A DNA stretch of 64,000 bases from a virus (taxonomy: Duplodnaviria; Heunggongvirae; Uroviricota; Caudoviricetes; Herelleviridae), in IMG/VR virus record IMGVR_UViG_2974580128_000001; one strand, written 5' to 3'. Both the position numbers and the translations under genes were made by a program. This document shows positions 28,801-38,500 of this stretch, piece after piece. The notes beneath the pieces were generated by a model. That model did not search any database and was not told where the DNA came from. It saw only the letters and a program-made list of their open reading frames with translations. Position 1 is the stretch's first letter; each line of letters starts with the position of its first letter.

Positions 28801-29433
28801 ACAATCGAATTACCAGAAGCAAAACAAGGTTTGCAGTATGCTTTATCCTTCTACATGAACGTAGCTACTTTTGGAGATGTCACTGATTTCCAATGTGGGG
28901 CACATATCTACGAAGAAGGTGTGTTGAAGTATACTGTTGGGGTAACAGATGCTACACAAGAAATCCCAAGTGACTATCACTTGTATAAACTTGTATTTGA
29001 ACCAGAGTCTCCGAATACTGTCATTGAATTATTTGTTACAAATGGTGCACAGGCAACTGTAATCATTTCAGGGGTTATGTACAATATTGGTAACATTGCG
29101 TTGAAATGGCAACCATACCCAAGTGAAATCTATAACACGAACGTTAAGATTGATATTAATGGTATTACTGTTAAAAACAATCAGACAGATGGTTATACAA
29201 TGATTACTCCGCAAGAGTTTTCAGGTTACGCAAGGGTTAACGGAGAGATGGAACGTATCTTTACCCTAAATGGTCAGGTAACAGAGGTTAAGATGTTACA
29301 AGCAGAGAAGCGTATTACAATGGAACCTATTTCCGTGTTTGCGATGAACTCTAAAGAAACCAATACAATTGGTTGGGCGTTTGTTGCTTCCGGAGAGGTT
29401 GCACATTCTGCCATAGCATCTCGTACACAATAG
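22816..29433 (+). CDS. Giant modular tail spike/central fibre (~2205 aa) with helical repeats and CBM-like domains
   Basis: TTG 22816 with RBS AAAGGATGG; puncturing-device-like N-terminus; four DxxxDNxLTxxEK repeats; GxRNLL/NMLKNS CBM-like starts. Confidence 0.85.
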   Translation: MAGGRRFQAGLGSEHKRLYKEGQQINTLLLAQVIQVNYKYNTVDLLALQHKEVFQNSYANEGRFSARLPMEFGGRNLAGQPYGQVNPIAVGTVVLVGFINSDKDMPIVISVYNNNDVNKQLSRTRFANADPTDMALAGQMYQKFSLYPSLTYDSIDGDGNRVVTFSGKSFIAFDTKDMQNSPMTDASYGSRYEDLGTSYYNDGELIEPMKGRAPNVLFKHQGILDDDNKPDTHNFMIHINPDGTYRTSMMDTEQDWRTMFEMTPEGKIRLRRQGDTVRLNDGFEIGELGINEEGIVYLRNGDMDLEVREDGIYSQGKLITENINLDDIYEKLANVTFEINKTNESLQILTEKSELQDGKIVNLETEITIVAGKVESKVSATEVQDMIDSSIVDMTDAIKKAQEDADRANQVISDMASDNRLAPSEKLDLLKEWDIIKNEYPTYLAQAELYEVDSTTYTAKYKALETFVTPLLEDMEATSVVDGSIMRKTFSAYYTERINLLNAITKGLKDGLEEAMKKASQASVDATQALADSAQAQIDANNAKQLIADIASDGKLTASEKYQLKKEWDVIVKEYPTTIAQATKYKVNTDNYTAKYKALETFVTPLFANMDETSVVNGEQLRAVFSDYYAVKITLLKEITDIARDELTDYGNRITVAETKITQTSEAITLMASRVETVENNVKTNTAQLKVQADLISQKVTASEVKDAIDNAIDNMSIGGSNLFVIKTQTAGLLNENNGTVGTAVDKSVVSNYIKVTAKMPYVASLYGNTGTNSIIIAWYDTSKTFISGQAVADSGDFHKTYVAPENAVYARLSYKKADTVKMKFEVGTKPTDYSPSWDDIKGDQTALEEYIKQVEEQAKQAQQEAENAKNEAENANSAIADMSNDNMLTANEKQQILLQWEEIKTEYPINLDQATKFGVSATQYTTAYNALKTYLDPLLADMTTTSVIVGSTMRSTFNTYYDRRTTLLNRVAELAKQVADQAKDTADKVDDDLNNIGGYNYIGFSSGDHMYPRLMIKNIGYYYVPSMGSAEFVDDMVCLKPKTTEKKVQYEIGSSSANISGVGLANYRMKEVKTGQWLTASANLKVVGTGKAYITIFTLENGSWQFSLSDVVTASQGVTRVVAQRKVTDQTQGVFIRISGDIIDEVHFGNTQLEVGIRSTPWKKSDIDIQEDINNVADDIKDYIGARSDNLITNGFGELGNNTNIGGIFDGADRIVGKGSFRQEEGNKSLLFSEHIVIDNKKVYNFDYYMHTLKGVGRSYAMIAPYDVDGKRITFPSLGGRNYNSVTPVKFTKLAKPLKVGDTEVFVEDASLWNGQAPQDYQRSIIMWGYKNSFGYTYPDGTYSQLMQMKTYDIGAVDTIANKITLNKPWAVANPNSSDGIFPVGHTLSPTSDGSTYLYLNGHVNIQVPTTYTKYSHLISGSSEFANTTLIPVETGSIQLGFLLNRDTTGEKSWLNGLRLRDYTDTYKLNDDVRETQENVDKAQADADKAQADADKANQSIADLSNDNLVTPNEKLDLKKEWEIIVAEKPKNDAQADKFGVSKVAYGTAYTALDTYLKPILASTTTNSAIVGQTMRDTFKAYYTARTDLLNAIASKAKELADNAQDTADNIAVGTRNLLIGTQDFSKGKYPGNANVTITDEKLFGNAVMKNDYTTGTGYSDMYQMTTSIIPTGTQYTLSFYAKADLEGTKMSCYFYNPNTTTSSVNSQGGKLSSSDGRTVFVLSTEWTKYWVTWTQTQADKPKSVIIGRKTGGEEPNSAFYMSSPMMVEGNKPQTWMKAPEDIETAINGKEGAWVYSPTAPTNPAVGLVWVDSSKTPNQPKRWVGGETGWVALTPEEVKDLPWGEDGSSLADWVTQAEQKISSDAIISTVLGSEDFTGIFDSKANTEDLNNLASYDDLDAMQAEYERLLKEGIAGIDFSPYVTNTELEQLKDSFTFSVQQAGGVNMLKNSLGFSGTDFWQASSGIDTTQNEQLSKLGFGSGFMINRVQNATLAQTIELPEAKQGLQYALSFYMNVATFGDVTDFQCGAHIYEEGVLKYTVGVTDATQEIPSDYHLYKLVFEPESPNTVIELFVTNGAQATVIISGVMYNIGNIALKWQPYPSEIYNTNVKIDINGITVKNNQTDGYTMITPQEFSGYARVNGEMERIFTLNGQVTEVKMLQAEKRITMEPISVFAMNSKETNTIGWAFVASGEVAHSAIASRTQ
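27259..27309 (+). repeat. Exact 21-bp tandem duplication (DKAQADA heptad)
   Basis: GATAAAGCCCAAGCAGATGCA twice plus partial GATAAAGCT. Confidence 0.95.
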
Positions 29434-29435
29434 AA

Positions 29436-29467
29436 AGAGGGAGCCTTATCTGTAAGGCTCTCTTTTG
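29436..29467 (+). terminator. Intrinsic terminator
   Basis: GAGCCTTA-TCTG-TAAGGCTC-TCTTTT. Confidence 0.85.
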
Positions 29468-29475
29468 TTGTGTTG

Positions 29476-29485
29476 TGCTATAATT
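29476..29485 (+). promoter_or_regulatory. Putative promoter TGCTATAATT
   Basis: Extended -10 after the terminator. Confidence 0.6.
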
Positions 29486-29521
29486 ATATTATGAGAAACA
29501 AAACAAGAGGTGAGAAAATAA

Positions 29522-31933
29522 ATGGCTTTAAGCGGTAGTACATACACAGCTTTTGCACGGCATAGGCTTGTGTTAGAATGGGGAGCCTCCCAGAATGTTG
29601 CGGGCAACTACTCTGATGTAAGTATTTGGTTATACTTGCAGTCTATGGATTCCTATGGTGCTTTATATGCTCCTGCTGTTGGACAAGCACAGGTAACAGC
29701 TAATGGGGTTAAGCAAACCGAAAATGCAACATCACAATTGAATGCTTATCAGAAAAAACTATTGCTAGCCAAAGTTTGGCGTGTAAACCATAACGCAGAT
29801 GGTAGCAAGTCTTTTTCTATATCTGCTAGTTATTTCGTAAACGTAACCTATTCAGGTGTTTACTACGGAACAATCTCGATACCGTCATTCTCGGTTTCAT
29901 TAAATAAGATTCCACGTAAAAGTTCGTTAAACCCTGTGCCAGATTTAAATATTCCTAATAAACTAGGGGTAAGTATTACCCGACAAAGTTCTAGTTTTAC
30001 ACATAATTTAACTGTTTGGGTAGCCAATAGAACAAACCCTACATTAGATAATGACTCCCATTGGGTGTATTTAAACAGTATTGAGAACGTAGGTACAAGT
30101 GGTACATTCACATTTAGTGTAGCAAACTTCACAGAAATGTTCAAGAGGATGGGTACAAGTACCGAATGGGTAGGTAAGGTGAAGCTCTGGACGAATGGGT
30201 TAAGCGAGTCAGTGCCGAGCCAACAACGAACCTTCCGAATAAAACCTCCAATGAACGCACAGGCTTCTGGGGGTAAGTTAAAAATAAAAGCAGGAGAAAA
30301 GATTACTGTTAGTCTAAGTAACTTCCAATCTGACGGTAACTTTAAATATACAGGTGTTTTTAACTATCGAGGGGTATCTATACCAGTAGCAACAAATGTA
30401 CATGCAAACTCTATGACACTTACATTAACCCAAGCAAACGTGGATTCTATCTTGAAAGAGTCTCCAGATGATGCAGGAACATGGGGGCAAGTACGAGTAA
30501 CAAGTTACTACAATGGTGTACAATATCGAACTCCTTGGACTGGACAGCATATTGATTGTACCATTCCTAAAGAAGATTATCTACCTGTAATCAACGGAAC
30601 ACCGACTTATACTGACTTAAGTGCCGAAGCTACTAACGTTACCGGAAGTAACCAAGTAGCATTACAAAGTAAGTCTAATATCCGTGTGACTATTCCGGCT
30701 AACTTTGCCACAGGTCAAGGATTCTCAACAATTAAAACCGTGCAAGCTTCATTAGGTGGGGCTACAAAAACCGCTAGCTATAATGCTTCTGGTTTTAACA
30801 TTGATATTGGTGCTCCAAATGAGGGTACTGCTTCCTCATTAGTTGTTACTGTTTTAGACGGTCGAGGATTTAGTACATCTTGGACAAAAACAGTTCAAGT
30901 ATACCCGTATACAAATCCGGATGTTGCTTACACGATTGCTCGTAGAAATAACTTTGAAGTAGACACGGAGTTAACAGTTTCAAGTAGTTGGGCACCTGTT
31001 ACTATCGGTGGTGTAAACAAAAATGCAATTACGTCAGTAACCTACGCAACTAAACGTTCAGGTACAAGTACATGGGGTTCGGAAACACCTGTTACTTTTA
31101 GTACTGATGGTAATAAAGTTACTGTTCCTACCACTGTTGTTCAGATACCTAACGAATATAGTTGGAATTTCCGTCTAACTATTAAGGATAAATTTGGTAG
31201 TTTTTCTAGGGAAGCAAATATTCCTGCTGGAAAACCTATCATGTTTATTGATGCTGTTCGTGAATCTGTAGGTTTTGGTAACTTAACAGGTACAGGAGAA
31301 AGTCGTAACCTTAATGGTGTAATTGAAATTGAACCTGAAAGATACCACGATTCAGGTAAAACAGGTATTCAGATGAACACTAGTGATATATCTGGGTTAA
31401 ACGGGATATTTTTCTCTAATGATGTAATGAATAACCATGGAGAAGGGTTACATTTTATTAAGAGCGGTAAACCGATAAATTCTAATAACCTAGATGATTA
31501 TGACTACATGTACATGCGTGATAGTAGTTTGTATATTAATCAAGATTCACGACCTCTATTTAAAGTTAATAGTAGTGGCTATCAAACTACGTCTAGTCTA
31601 TACTATTATGAACAAAAAATTGCGAGCACTGCAAATTTTGAATCCGCCTTTATAAACTACTCCCGGTGGGGGCAATTAATAGTGGCTAGCGTAGGATTTA
31701 GTCTACTAAAGGACGAAGGTTGGAAAGTTTTAGCTAAACCTCCGGCAGGATTTACGCCGTCTAATGGAGGAGCAACTACACTAAGTTCACAGTCTTACCG
31801 AGGCAATACTGTAGGCATATATGTAAATAATTCTGGTTTTAATATAGTACCCTCCATTGGTTCAGGAAATGCTAAGGGAGACACTTACAGAGGTACACTA
31901 GTGTATTTAACAAATGATAACTACCCTATTTAG
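29522..31933 (+). CDS. Tail fibre / receptor-binding protein, DUF859-like
   Basis: N-terminus LEW..SQNVAGNYSDV..L and KVWRVNHNADGSKSF typical of DUF859 siphovirus proteins. Confidence 0.75.
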   Translation: MALSGSTYTAFARHRLVLEWGASQNVAGNYSDVSIWLYLQSMDSYGALYAPAVGQAQVTANGVKQTENATSQLNAYQKKLLLAKVWRVNHNADGSKSFSISASYFVNVTYSGVYYGTISIPSFSVSLNKIPRKSSLNPVPDLNIPNKLGVSITRQSSSFTHNLTVWVANRTNPTLDNDSHWVYLNSIENVGTSGTFTFSVANFTEMFKRMGTSTEWVGKVKLWTNGLSESVPSQQRTFRIKPPMNAQASGGKLKIKAGEKITVSLSNFQSDGNFKYTGVFNYRGVSIPVATNVHANSMTLTLTQANVDSILKESPDDAGTWGQVRVTSYYNGVQYRTPWTGQHIDCTIPKEDYLPVINGTPTYTDLSAEATNVTGSNQVALQSKSNIRVTIPANFATGQGFSTIKTVQASLGGATKTASYNASGFNIDIGAPNEGTASSLVVTVLDGRGFSTSWTKTVQVYPYTNPDVAYTIARRNNFEVDTELTVSSSWAPVTIGGVNKNAITSVTYATKRSGTSTWGSETPVTFSTDGNKVTVPTTVVQIPNEYSWNFRLTIKDKFGSFSREANIPAGKPIMFIDAVRESVGFGNLTGTGESRNLNGVIEIEPERYHDSGKTGIQMNTSDISGLNGIFFSNDVMNNHGEGLHFIKSGKPINSNNLDDYDYMYMRDSSLYINQDSRPLFKVNSSGYQTTSSLYYYEQKIASTANFESAFINYSRWGQLIVASVGFSLLKDEGWKVLAKPPAGFTPSNGGATTLSSQSYRGNTVGIYVNNSGFNIVPSIGSGNAKGDTYRGTLVYLTNDNYPI

Positions 31934-31942
31934 GAGGAAAAA

Positions 31943-32233
31943 ATGTATACTGTATATAAAATTTTATCGGTGAAAAATGAAAAGGGCAATTGGTATGAAA
32001 TATATGAAATACCGAATGGGATACCAGTACCACCAGACTGTGTTGTTACACCTATTCCTGAAAGTTTAAAGAACCCAAAATATGATTTTGTTAAAGATGG
32101 ATGGGTAGAAGACACAGAAACATTAATTGAATCTTTGCAAAAGGAAAACAAAGAACTAAAGCAAAAAATAGAGTTTAACGAACTGGCTTTAATGGATGCG
32201 ATTAACATGCTATCGAGCATGATTATGAATTAA
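31943..32233 (+). CDS. Small tail-fibre-associated protein (XkdW-like position, C-terminal coiled coil)
   Basis: RBS AGGAGG; VTPIP..LKNPKYDF..GWVE. Confidence 0.75.
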   Translation: MYTVYKILSVKNEKGNWYEIYEIPNGIPVPPDCVVTPIPESLKNPKYDFVKDGWVEDTETLIESLQKENKELKQKIEFNELALMDAINMLSSMIMN

Positions 32234-32251
32234 TTTTAGGGAGGTGATAAC

Positions 32252-32398
32252 ATGTATCCACACTTAGCAATGCTCTATGCAACGTATGTCATGAAAGACC
32301 CTAAAACATGGACGATGGACAAAGTTCCTGCTATGATTCGAGAAGATGTACAAAGAATTGTAGATGAAATGACAAAAAAAGAACAAGTACCCGAGTAG
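32252..32398 (+). CDS. 48-aa CD1375/XkdX-like protein (missing from the ORF track)
   Basis: RBS GGGAGGTGA; MYPHLAMLYATYVMKDPKTWTMDKVPAMIREDVQRIVDEMTKKEQVPE. Confidence 0.85.
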   Translation: MYPHLAMLYATYVMKDPKTWTMDKVPAMIREDVQRIVDEMTKKEQVPE

Positions 32399-32477
32399 TC
32401 TTTCTAACACTAGGGGTTTCCATTGGTTTAGTCGCAGGACTAGCTATTGGGTTCTTCCTATAATGCTCGGGGAGAGG

Positions 32478-32510
32478 AAGAGGGTGGCTTAGGCTGTCCT
32501 CTTTTTTCTT
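32478..32510 (+). terminator. Intrinsic terminator
   Basis: AAGAGGGTGGC-TTAG-GCTGTCCTCTT-TTTT. Confidence 0.8.
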
Positions 32511-32519
32511 AGTTAATTG

Positions 32520-32529
32520 TACTATATTA
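32520..32529 (+). promoter_or_regulatory. Putative late promoter variant TACTATATTA
   Basis: One mismatch to the decamer; after a terminator, before the baseplate genes. Confidence 0.55.
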
Positions 32530-32552
32530 ATGGACGAAAGGACGTGATAAGT

Positions 32553-33254
32553 GTGGGACAATCAGATGGAATGGGTGGAACATTAAAAAGAATTGCTATT
32601 CAAGTCGGAGACGACCCAAACACAGGTTGGTATAGATTTCAAGTTAACCCAACTCAATATAAATACAGCAAACCACACCGTGTAACAATCTTTAAAACAA
32701 AGTCTAACATTATCACTGAGGACTTTGGTAAAGATATTGAAACCATTCAATTCTCCGGTACAACTGGATTTAGAAAAGACTCTAGAGGAATGAACGGTGC
32801 TGATAGATTGAGAGAACTATCTAATTTGATAGATGATTATGCAAATCAAGGTGGTAATGGTAACCGTCCGAAAGTAGAAATGAAGTTCTATAATTTTACT
32901 GATGACCAGTATTTTGTGGTTCATTTAGCCCCAGAAGGTCTCACTATAGAACGTTCTGCGGAACAGCCATTACTATTTACTTATACATTAAGTTTAGTTG
33001 TATTAAGAAAAGCAGGAGAGCCTGCTGAACGTGACCAAGTAAACCCAGAAATTGGGAACAAAAATCCAAGTGTAGGAGACAAGGATAAAGAAACAAGAAA
33101 TGGTATAATTCAAACTCCTGCGCAAATACTACATGAACAGTATAAAAATTCTGTGTTGCCAAATATAGCAGTAAACCCTAGTGGTACATCAGGTGCCTAT
33201 AACTATGGTTTAGTTGAACTAAAAAGATTAATTGGTTACGGAGGTGGTCAGTAA
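32553..33254 (+). CDS. Baseplate/tube-initiator-type structural protein
   Basis: GTG 32553 (MGQSDG); FQVNPTQY..EDFGKDIETIQFSGTTG family signature. Confidence 0.8.
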   Translation: MGQSDGMGGTLKRIAIQVGDDPNTGWYRFQVNPTQYKYSKPHRVTIFKTKSNIITEDFGKDIETIQFSGTTGFRKDSRGMNGADRLRELSNLIDDYANQGGNGNRPKVEMKFYNFTDDQYFVVHLAPEGLTIERSAEQPLLFTYTLSLVVLRKAGEPAERDQVNPEIGNKNPSVGDKDKETRNGIIQTPAQILHEQYKNSVLPNIAVNPSGTSGAYNYGLVELKRLIGYGGGQ

Positions 33255-33790
33255 TGGCAACTGTATATCAATCTGCGGACTTGCTTAGATTCTTTCGTTA
33301 CTTAAATGTAAACGTGCAAGGAGATGTCGTTAGTAATGTCATAGACGACCAACCTAACTTTATTTCAAGATTTTACACACCACACACAAGAGTGAATAAA
33401 ATATCTAGCACCTTATTGGATATTGTGAAAGACAATAACATTAGTGAAACAAACAAAGAGTTATCCAAGGATTCACTAACCTATAAGTTCTTGAAGAGTG
33501 GACTACGATTAACAGCTCCTGACATTTACCAGTTAGCTCAAATCGTAGTACTTGAATCTTTTGCTTTGATTTATGCAATTGAAGAAAAACCTGAAATGTT
33601 CAAAATGATTAATGAATCAGATGTGAAACAAACACGGGAGAACGTAAAATATCTTGTGGACTACTTAGGAGAGAAAAAAGACTATACTGATATTGTAATG
33701 GATTTACACTCTATGGATATTGCCCTTGGTTATATTCAAGAACAGATTCCATTAATTCAAGGAGGGTTACCAGTAAATGGCACGATATAA
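33254..33790 (+). CDS. Baseplate-associated conserved protein
   Basis: TAATG overlap; synteny. Confidence 0.75.
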   Translation: MATVYQSADLLRFFRYLNVNVQGDVVSNVIDDQPNFISRFYTPHTRVNKISSTLLDIVKDNNISETNKELSKDSLTYKFLKSGLRLTAPDIYQLAQIVVLESFALIYAIEEKPEMFKMINESDVKQTRENVKYLVDYLGEKKDYTDIVMDLHSMDIALGYIQEQIPLIQGGLPVNGTI

Positions 33791-34481
33791 AAAACATACA
33801 ATCGTTTATGGAGAAACCATGCAATCTATCGCTCAAATGGAAACAGGTTCAGTAAACGACTGGATAAAAATTGCTGAGTATAACTCCTTGGTTTATCCAT
33901 ACATAGTAGACACTATGCAAGAGAAAATGGCTAACATTGAACATTTAGCAACACCGGGAGATACCTTAGTAATTCCTGTCGAAGCTAACCTACTAGATAT
34001 GGATGTAAGTAATTTAAATCAAAGAGATATGGATTTTCTATTAAGCTTATCTCTAGGTCGTGATTTAGACATGACAAGTGAAACAGAATACTATGAAAAT
34101 CATGGAACAAGTGATGAGGTGTTCTCATTGACCCATAACGGGCACGGAGACCTTAAGACGGCTAGTGGAGCAGATAATATAAGGCAAGCAACTATCTCTC
34201 GTCTAATGACCGCTAAGGGGTCTTTAATGCTACATCCAGAATATGGTAGCAACCTACACCTACTTTTTGGTAAAACAACTATTGAACAAATGAAATTGAT
34301 TAGCTTAGAAGTATGTGAAACTGTATTAAAAGACACTCGGGTAGCTGAATGTGTATTAGTTAGTCATTATATCGAAGAAGACCACTATGTAGGAAACTAC
34401 CGAGCAACCATACAATCAACAAAAGACCAATTTGAGTTTGTGGTGCAAAATGATAGTGTGGGCGCAATTGTTATAGAATAG
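33777..34481 (+). CDS. Baseplate wedge subunit (gp25-like) with LysM-like N-terminus
   Basis: HTIVYGETMQSIAQ; SRLMTAKGSLMLHPEYGS. Confidence 0.85.
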   Translation: MARYKKHTIVYGETMQSIAQMETGSVNDWIKIAEYNSLVYPYIVDTMQEKMANIEHLATPGDTLVIPVEANLLDMDVSNLNQRDMDFLLSLSLGRDLDMTSETEYYENHGTSDEVFSLTHNGHGDLKTASGADNIRQATISRLMTAKGSLMLHPEYGSNLHLLFGKTTIEQMKLISLEVCETVLKDTRVAECVLVSHYIEEDHYVGNYRATIQSTKDQFEFVVQNDSVGAIVIE

Positions 34482-34495
34482 AAAGGAGTATCCCT

Positions 34496-35548
34496 GTGAG
34501 ACTAAAGAAGATTTCAGAAATTTTAGGTAGGCTAATTGACGTAACCATGATTAATACTCATGAGTTAAACGACTTCTCTGTAGGGTCTACAATCCGTTCC
34601 ATTTACGAAGCTGTATCAATGGAACTTGAACAATACTACATCTTAGGAAGAGAAAATATTTTATGGGGTATCGAACAGGGGGTACTCAATGCTTTTGATT
34701 TTAGAAAACGTGAAGCTAAACGGGCTTATGGTATGGTTACCCTAGAATTTCATACCGTAACGCAAACCCCTGTTTATGTGCCGACAGGTACGACCTTTGA
34801 CTCTAGCTTGTCTGGTGCACCTAGTAACTTGACATTTCAAACCATGCAAGACTATGTGATTCCTGCCGGAGTTGTTACTGCTAAAGTAGAGGTTTACTGT
34901 ACAACAGTTGGTTCCCAAGGTAACATTGCCAAAGGAAGAATAAATCGGGTTATTAACAACATCTCTAACCTGAAAAAAGTGTATAATGAATATGACATAC
35001 TTACAGGTACTGACGAAGAAAGTATCGAATCTGTAAAGAAACGTTTCCATGCTTTCGTAGAATCTCGTGGTAGAGCTACAATCAAAGCATTAGATTATGG
35101 TACACGACAAGTCGAAGAAGTATCTGGTGTGTATATCAAAGAGGAAGTTGGTTATGTACGTATTTACGCTCATGACTTAAACGGAGATTTGAAAGACGAA
35201 ACATTAGCTAAGATTAAAACAGCTATTGAAGATTATCGTCCTGCGGGAATTAAATTAGACGTGTTCCCTGTAGTCAAATTAACAGTACCGATTGACGTAA
35301 CAATCACAATTAGTAATAAAAACAGAATTAACACTGCATTAGAAGAACGAATCGAATTAACTATTAGAAACTACTTAAACAGTCGTACAGTATCAGAAAC
35401 ATTGGTAAAAGCTGATTTACTTCAAGCTATCATGAATATTGATGACAACTTAATCTATGACTGTGAAATTAATAATTTGAGTGGTAACTTGGATATTAGA
35501 GACGAGGAGATTATTCGTGCAGGAGACGTAACGATAGAATTAATCTAG
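34496..35548 (+). CDS. Baseplate J-like wedge protein
   Basis: DFSVGSTIRSIYEA, GTDEES, YRPAGI. Confidence 0.88.
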   Translation: MRLKKISEILGRLIDVTMINTHELNDFSVGSTIRSIYEAVSMELEQYYILGRENILWGIEQGVLNAFDFRKREAKRAYGMVTLEFHTVTQTPVYVPTGTTFDSSLSGAPSNLTFQTMQDYVIPAGVVTAKVEVYCTTVGSQGNIAKGRINRVINNISNLKKVYNEYDILTGTDEESIESVKKRFHAFVESRGRATIKALDYGTRQVEEVSGVYIKEEVGYVRIYAHDLNGDLKDETLAKIKTAIEDYRPAGIKLDVFPVVKLTVPIDVTITISNKNRINTALEERIELTIRNYLNSRTVSETLVKADLLQAIMNIDDNLIYDCEINNLSGNLDIRDEEIIRAGDVTIELI

Positions 35549-35559
35549 GAGGTAACATT

Positions 35560-38500
35560 GTGAGTAATTTTTTCAGAAATATACACCCACTCTTGCGAAG
35601 AAGTAAACGTTCGGAGAAGTATGACGATACGAACTTCGCTGTGTTGAATGCGTTAAATTACGAATTAACACAGGCAGAGCAAGAAACCATTGCTAGTAAA
35701 ATACAATCCTCCTTAGAGTCTGCTACAGATACGTACCTAGACACTTGGGGAGATTGGTTCGGGGTGTACCGTAAGGACGGTTGGGACGATGAATATTATC
35801 GTGCACGTATCATACGGGAACTACTTCTTAAGCGTGGTACAATTCCTGCTATCATTGATGCGTTATTGGATTTCCTTAACGACAATGATGCAGTCATCCA
35901 AATCTACGAACCTTGGAGAAACATTTTCTATACAAATAAATCAAAATTAAACGGTGACGACCATTTAATGGGTTACTACTATCGTTTTGCAATTATTGAT
36001 ATTTCAATTGATAGACCGTTTCCTCCTGAAATTGTAGAGATTATTAAGGCTTTCAAACCTGCGGGAGTTTTATTCTATCTAAGATTAGACACAAGTTTAA
36101 ATAAGAATAAAACAACTGTAGAAAGTCCATATGTATATCTAGACGTGACGAATAAGACAGAATTAGAGTTCCTTAATGGTTTATATTATGACCTACGAGG
36201 TAATATTAACCTGTCTGACCAACGTACACAAGTTGTAGAGAACAATATCTTCCATACGAATAACTCTATGTTAAACGGTGAAGATGTACTTGCAGGAGCA
36301 TTTGACCACGGAAGAGGTTACATTCACTTAGCAAGTACAACATTGCTTGATTACACACCAAAACCTACTGACTCTATGAGTGACTTAAAAACAGCTCTAG
36401 GAGAGTCAGGTGCTGACATGTATAATCAGACAAAAGAAAAGGATGGAAGAACAGCTTCTATTCAAGTACCTGCAACAAGGAATGTCCATACGTTATACTC
36501 AAATAGTATAGATTTTGGTGACTATGATTATAGCGGAAACCCTAATGTAGCTGTAACCGATGCAGATACGTTCAAATTAGGAACAGGTGGAACTCTTACC
36601 TATAATAACGGGGAGTACACTGTTTTGATGGATGGGACAGCTAGATTAAGTAAATATAATACCGATGGTAAAAATAGTGTATACTTAGAAGATAAGGTAA
36701 CTTATACAATTTCTTGTGAAATGTATGTTGGTTCTGATTATACCGGAAATGTTGACCAGATATTTGCTAACTATGCGTATCTTGATGGAGGCTATACTGT
36801 ACTGCGAACAACAAGACTCCCTGCGGATGCTCCTAGAGATACTTGGATAACAGTAAAAGGAACATCTACTATGAACTATCAAGGGAGAGTACCTAAAGTA
36901 TTGTACTTTAGTTGGCAAACAATTGCTAGTGATGTTAACCCTACTGGTACACTTAAAATGCGAAATATGAAAATTGAGCGTGGAGAAATTAATACTCCTT
37001 ACCAACCTAATTTATTAGTAGAGCCATTCCAATTATCTAATGTTCCTTTAAATGATAATTTAGGAGACCCAAACGTATCTTTCCCAATTAACACACAAAA
37101 TTCCTACTTAGTGTATGATGGCACCATAAAAGAAAATTGGCAAGCTAACACGGTGTATACCTTAACATTAAAGGGTAAGAAATTAAATACACAGAGTTGG
37201 AAACCGTATATTGATACTAAAAATACTTCCACGCTTAGTAAACCTCTTTTAACTCCTGTGGAGGGGTTACCGAATGTTTGGCGCAGTACATTTATGGTCT
37301 CCCAAAATGATATAGACACCGGACGGGTTCAAAAACAGTTAAGTATCTACCAAGCACCTAGTGCAACAAGGGGTACAGCTTCAATTGAATGGGTGAAACT
37401 TGAAAAAGGTGCTATTGCTACACCACCTATCGAACAGTATGCCTACACAGGTACTCTTGTTTCAGGTACATCTTCTAAAAACCCTAAAGATTATACATGG
37501 GGAAGTTTATCTCCTGTTTTAGGTAAAAAAGCCTATATGGTGTTTGATATTAAGACATTTATCGAAGAAAATTATGCTATAGAATTTGAAAAACTTATTA
37601 CTGACCTAGGAGAAGACCAAGCATTAAATACTGTGTTTGAAAACTTTAACATCTCCACAGCACTTAAGGCTTTAGTAAGTCCAAGTTCACCAATTAATTT
37701 TTCAGTTGAACTATACGATTTTTCTACGAGTGCATGGCACAAACTAAACACGGATAGCTTAGACCTACGTATGCGTACATTCAACTTAGTAGCAAACCGT
37801 ATCACAGACTATCTAAATGATTACAAACTATTATTTGTTCGTTATGTGTTTGATAACGAAACTGATAAAGATGTAACAGTTGAACTAGACATGTTAAATG
37901 TATTGTTCAACTATCGTTTAGGTGACGGATATAGTTTAGGGCTACAAAGTACTGTAGAATGTTTAAGTGAAATTCCGTTAACTGGTATTACCCTTTCTAG
38001 TGATAGTGTTGAAGTTGCTATTGGTGAAACAGCGAAAGTTACTGCTACTCCTGTTCCTGCCAATGCAACTAACAAAAGTTTAGAATGGGAAATAGCAGAC
38101 CCTAAGATTGCTACTGTAGATACTTCTGGTAATATTACAGGAGTAGCTATTGGGGAAACCACATTAACCGTGTATGGTGAAGACAAAACCATTAGTGCTA
38201 CTTGCAGTGTGTCTGTAAAAGCTAGACATACCCTATACTCAAACAGCACCGACTTCGGTGATTATGATTATAGTGGAAATCCTAACTTGCTAAGCAATGT
38301 AACCAATGATAGTTGGACGGCTGAGGGTGCTATGAAGGTGACCGCAGTAGATGATTACCTAGAGTTAGTAAAAGATACTGCTGGACGTTTTGGTACTGCA
38401 AAGATTTATAATATACCAGCATTGCGCTCAGACTCACAATATACTACTTCTTTAGAATTTTATCTTAAGTCAGGCACCTCTGTTGAGGATTTAAAAAAAT

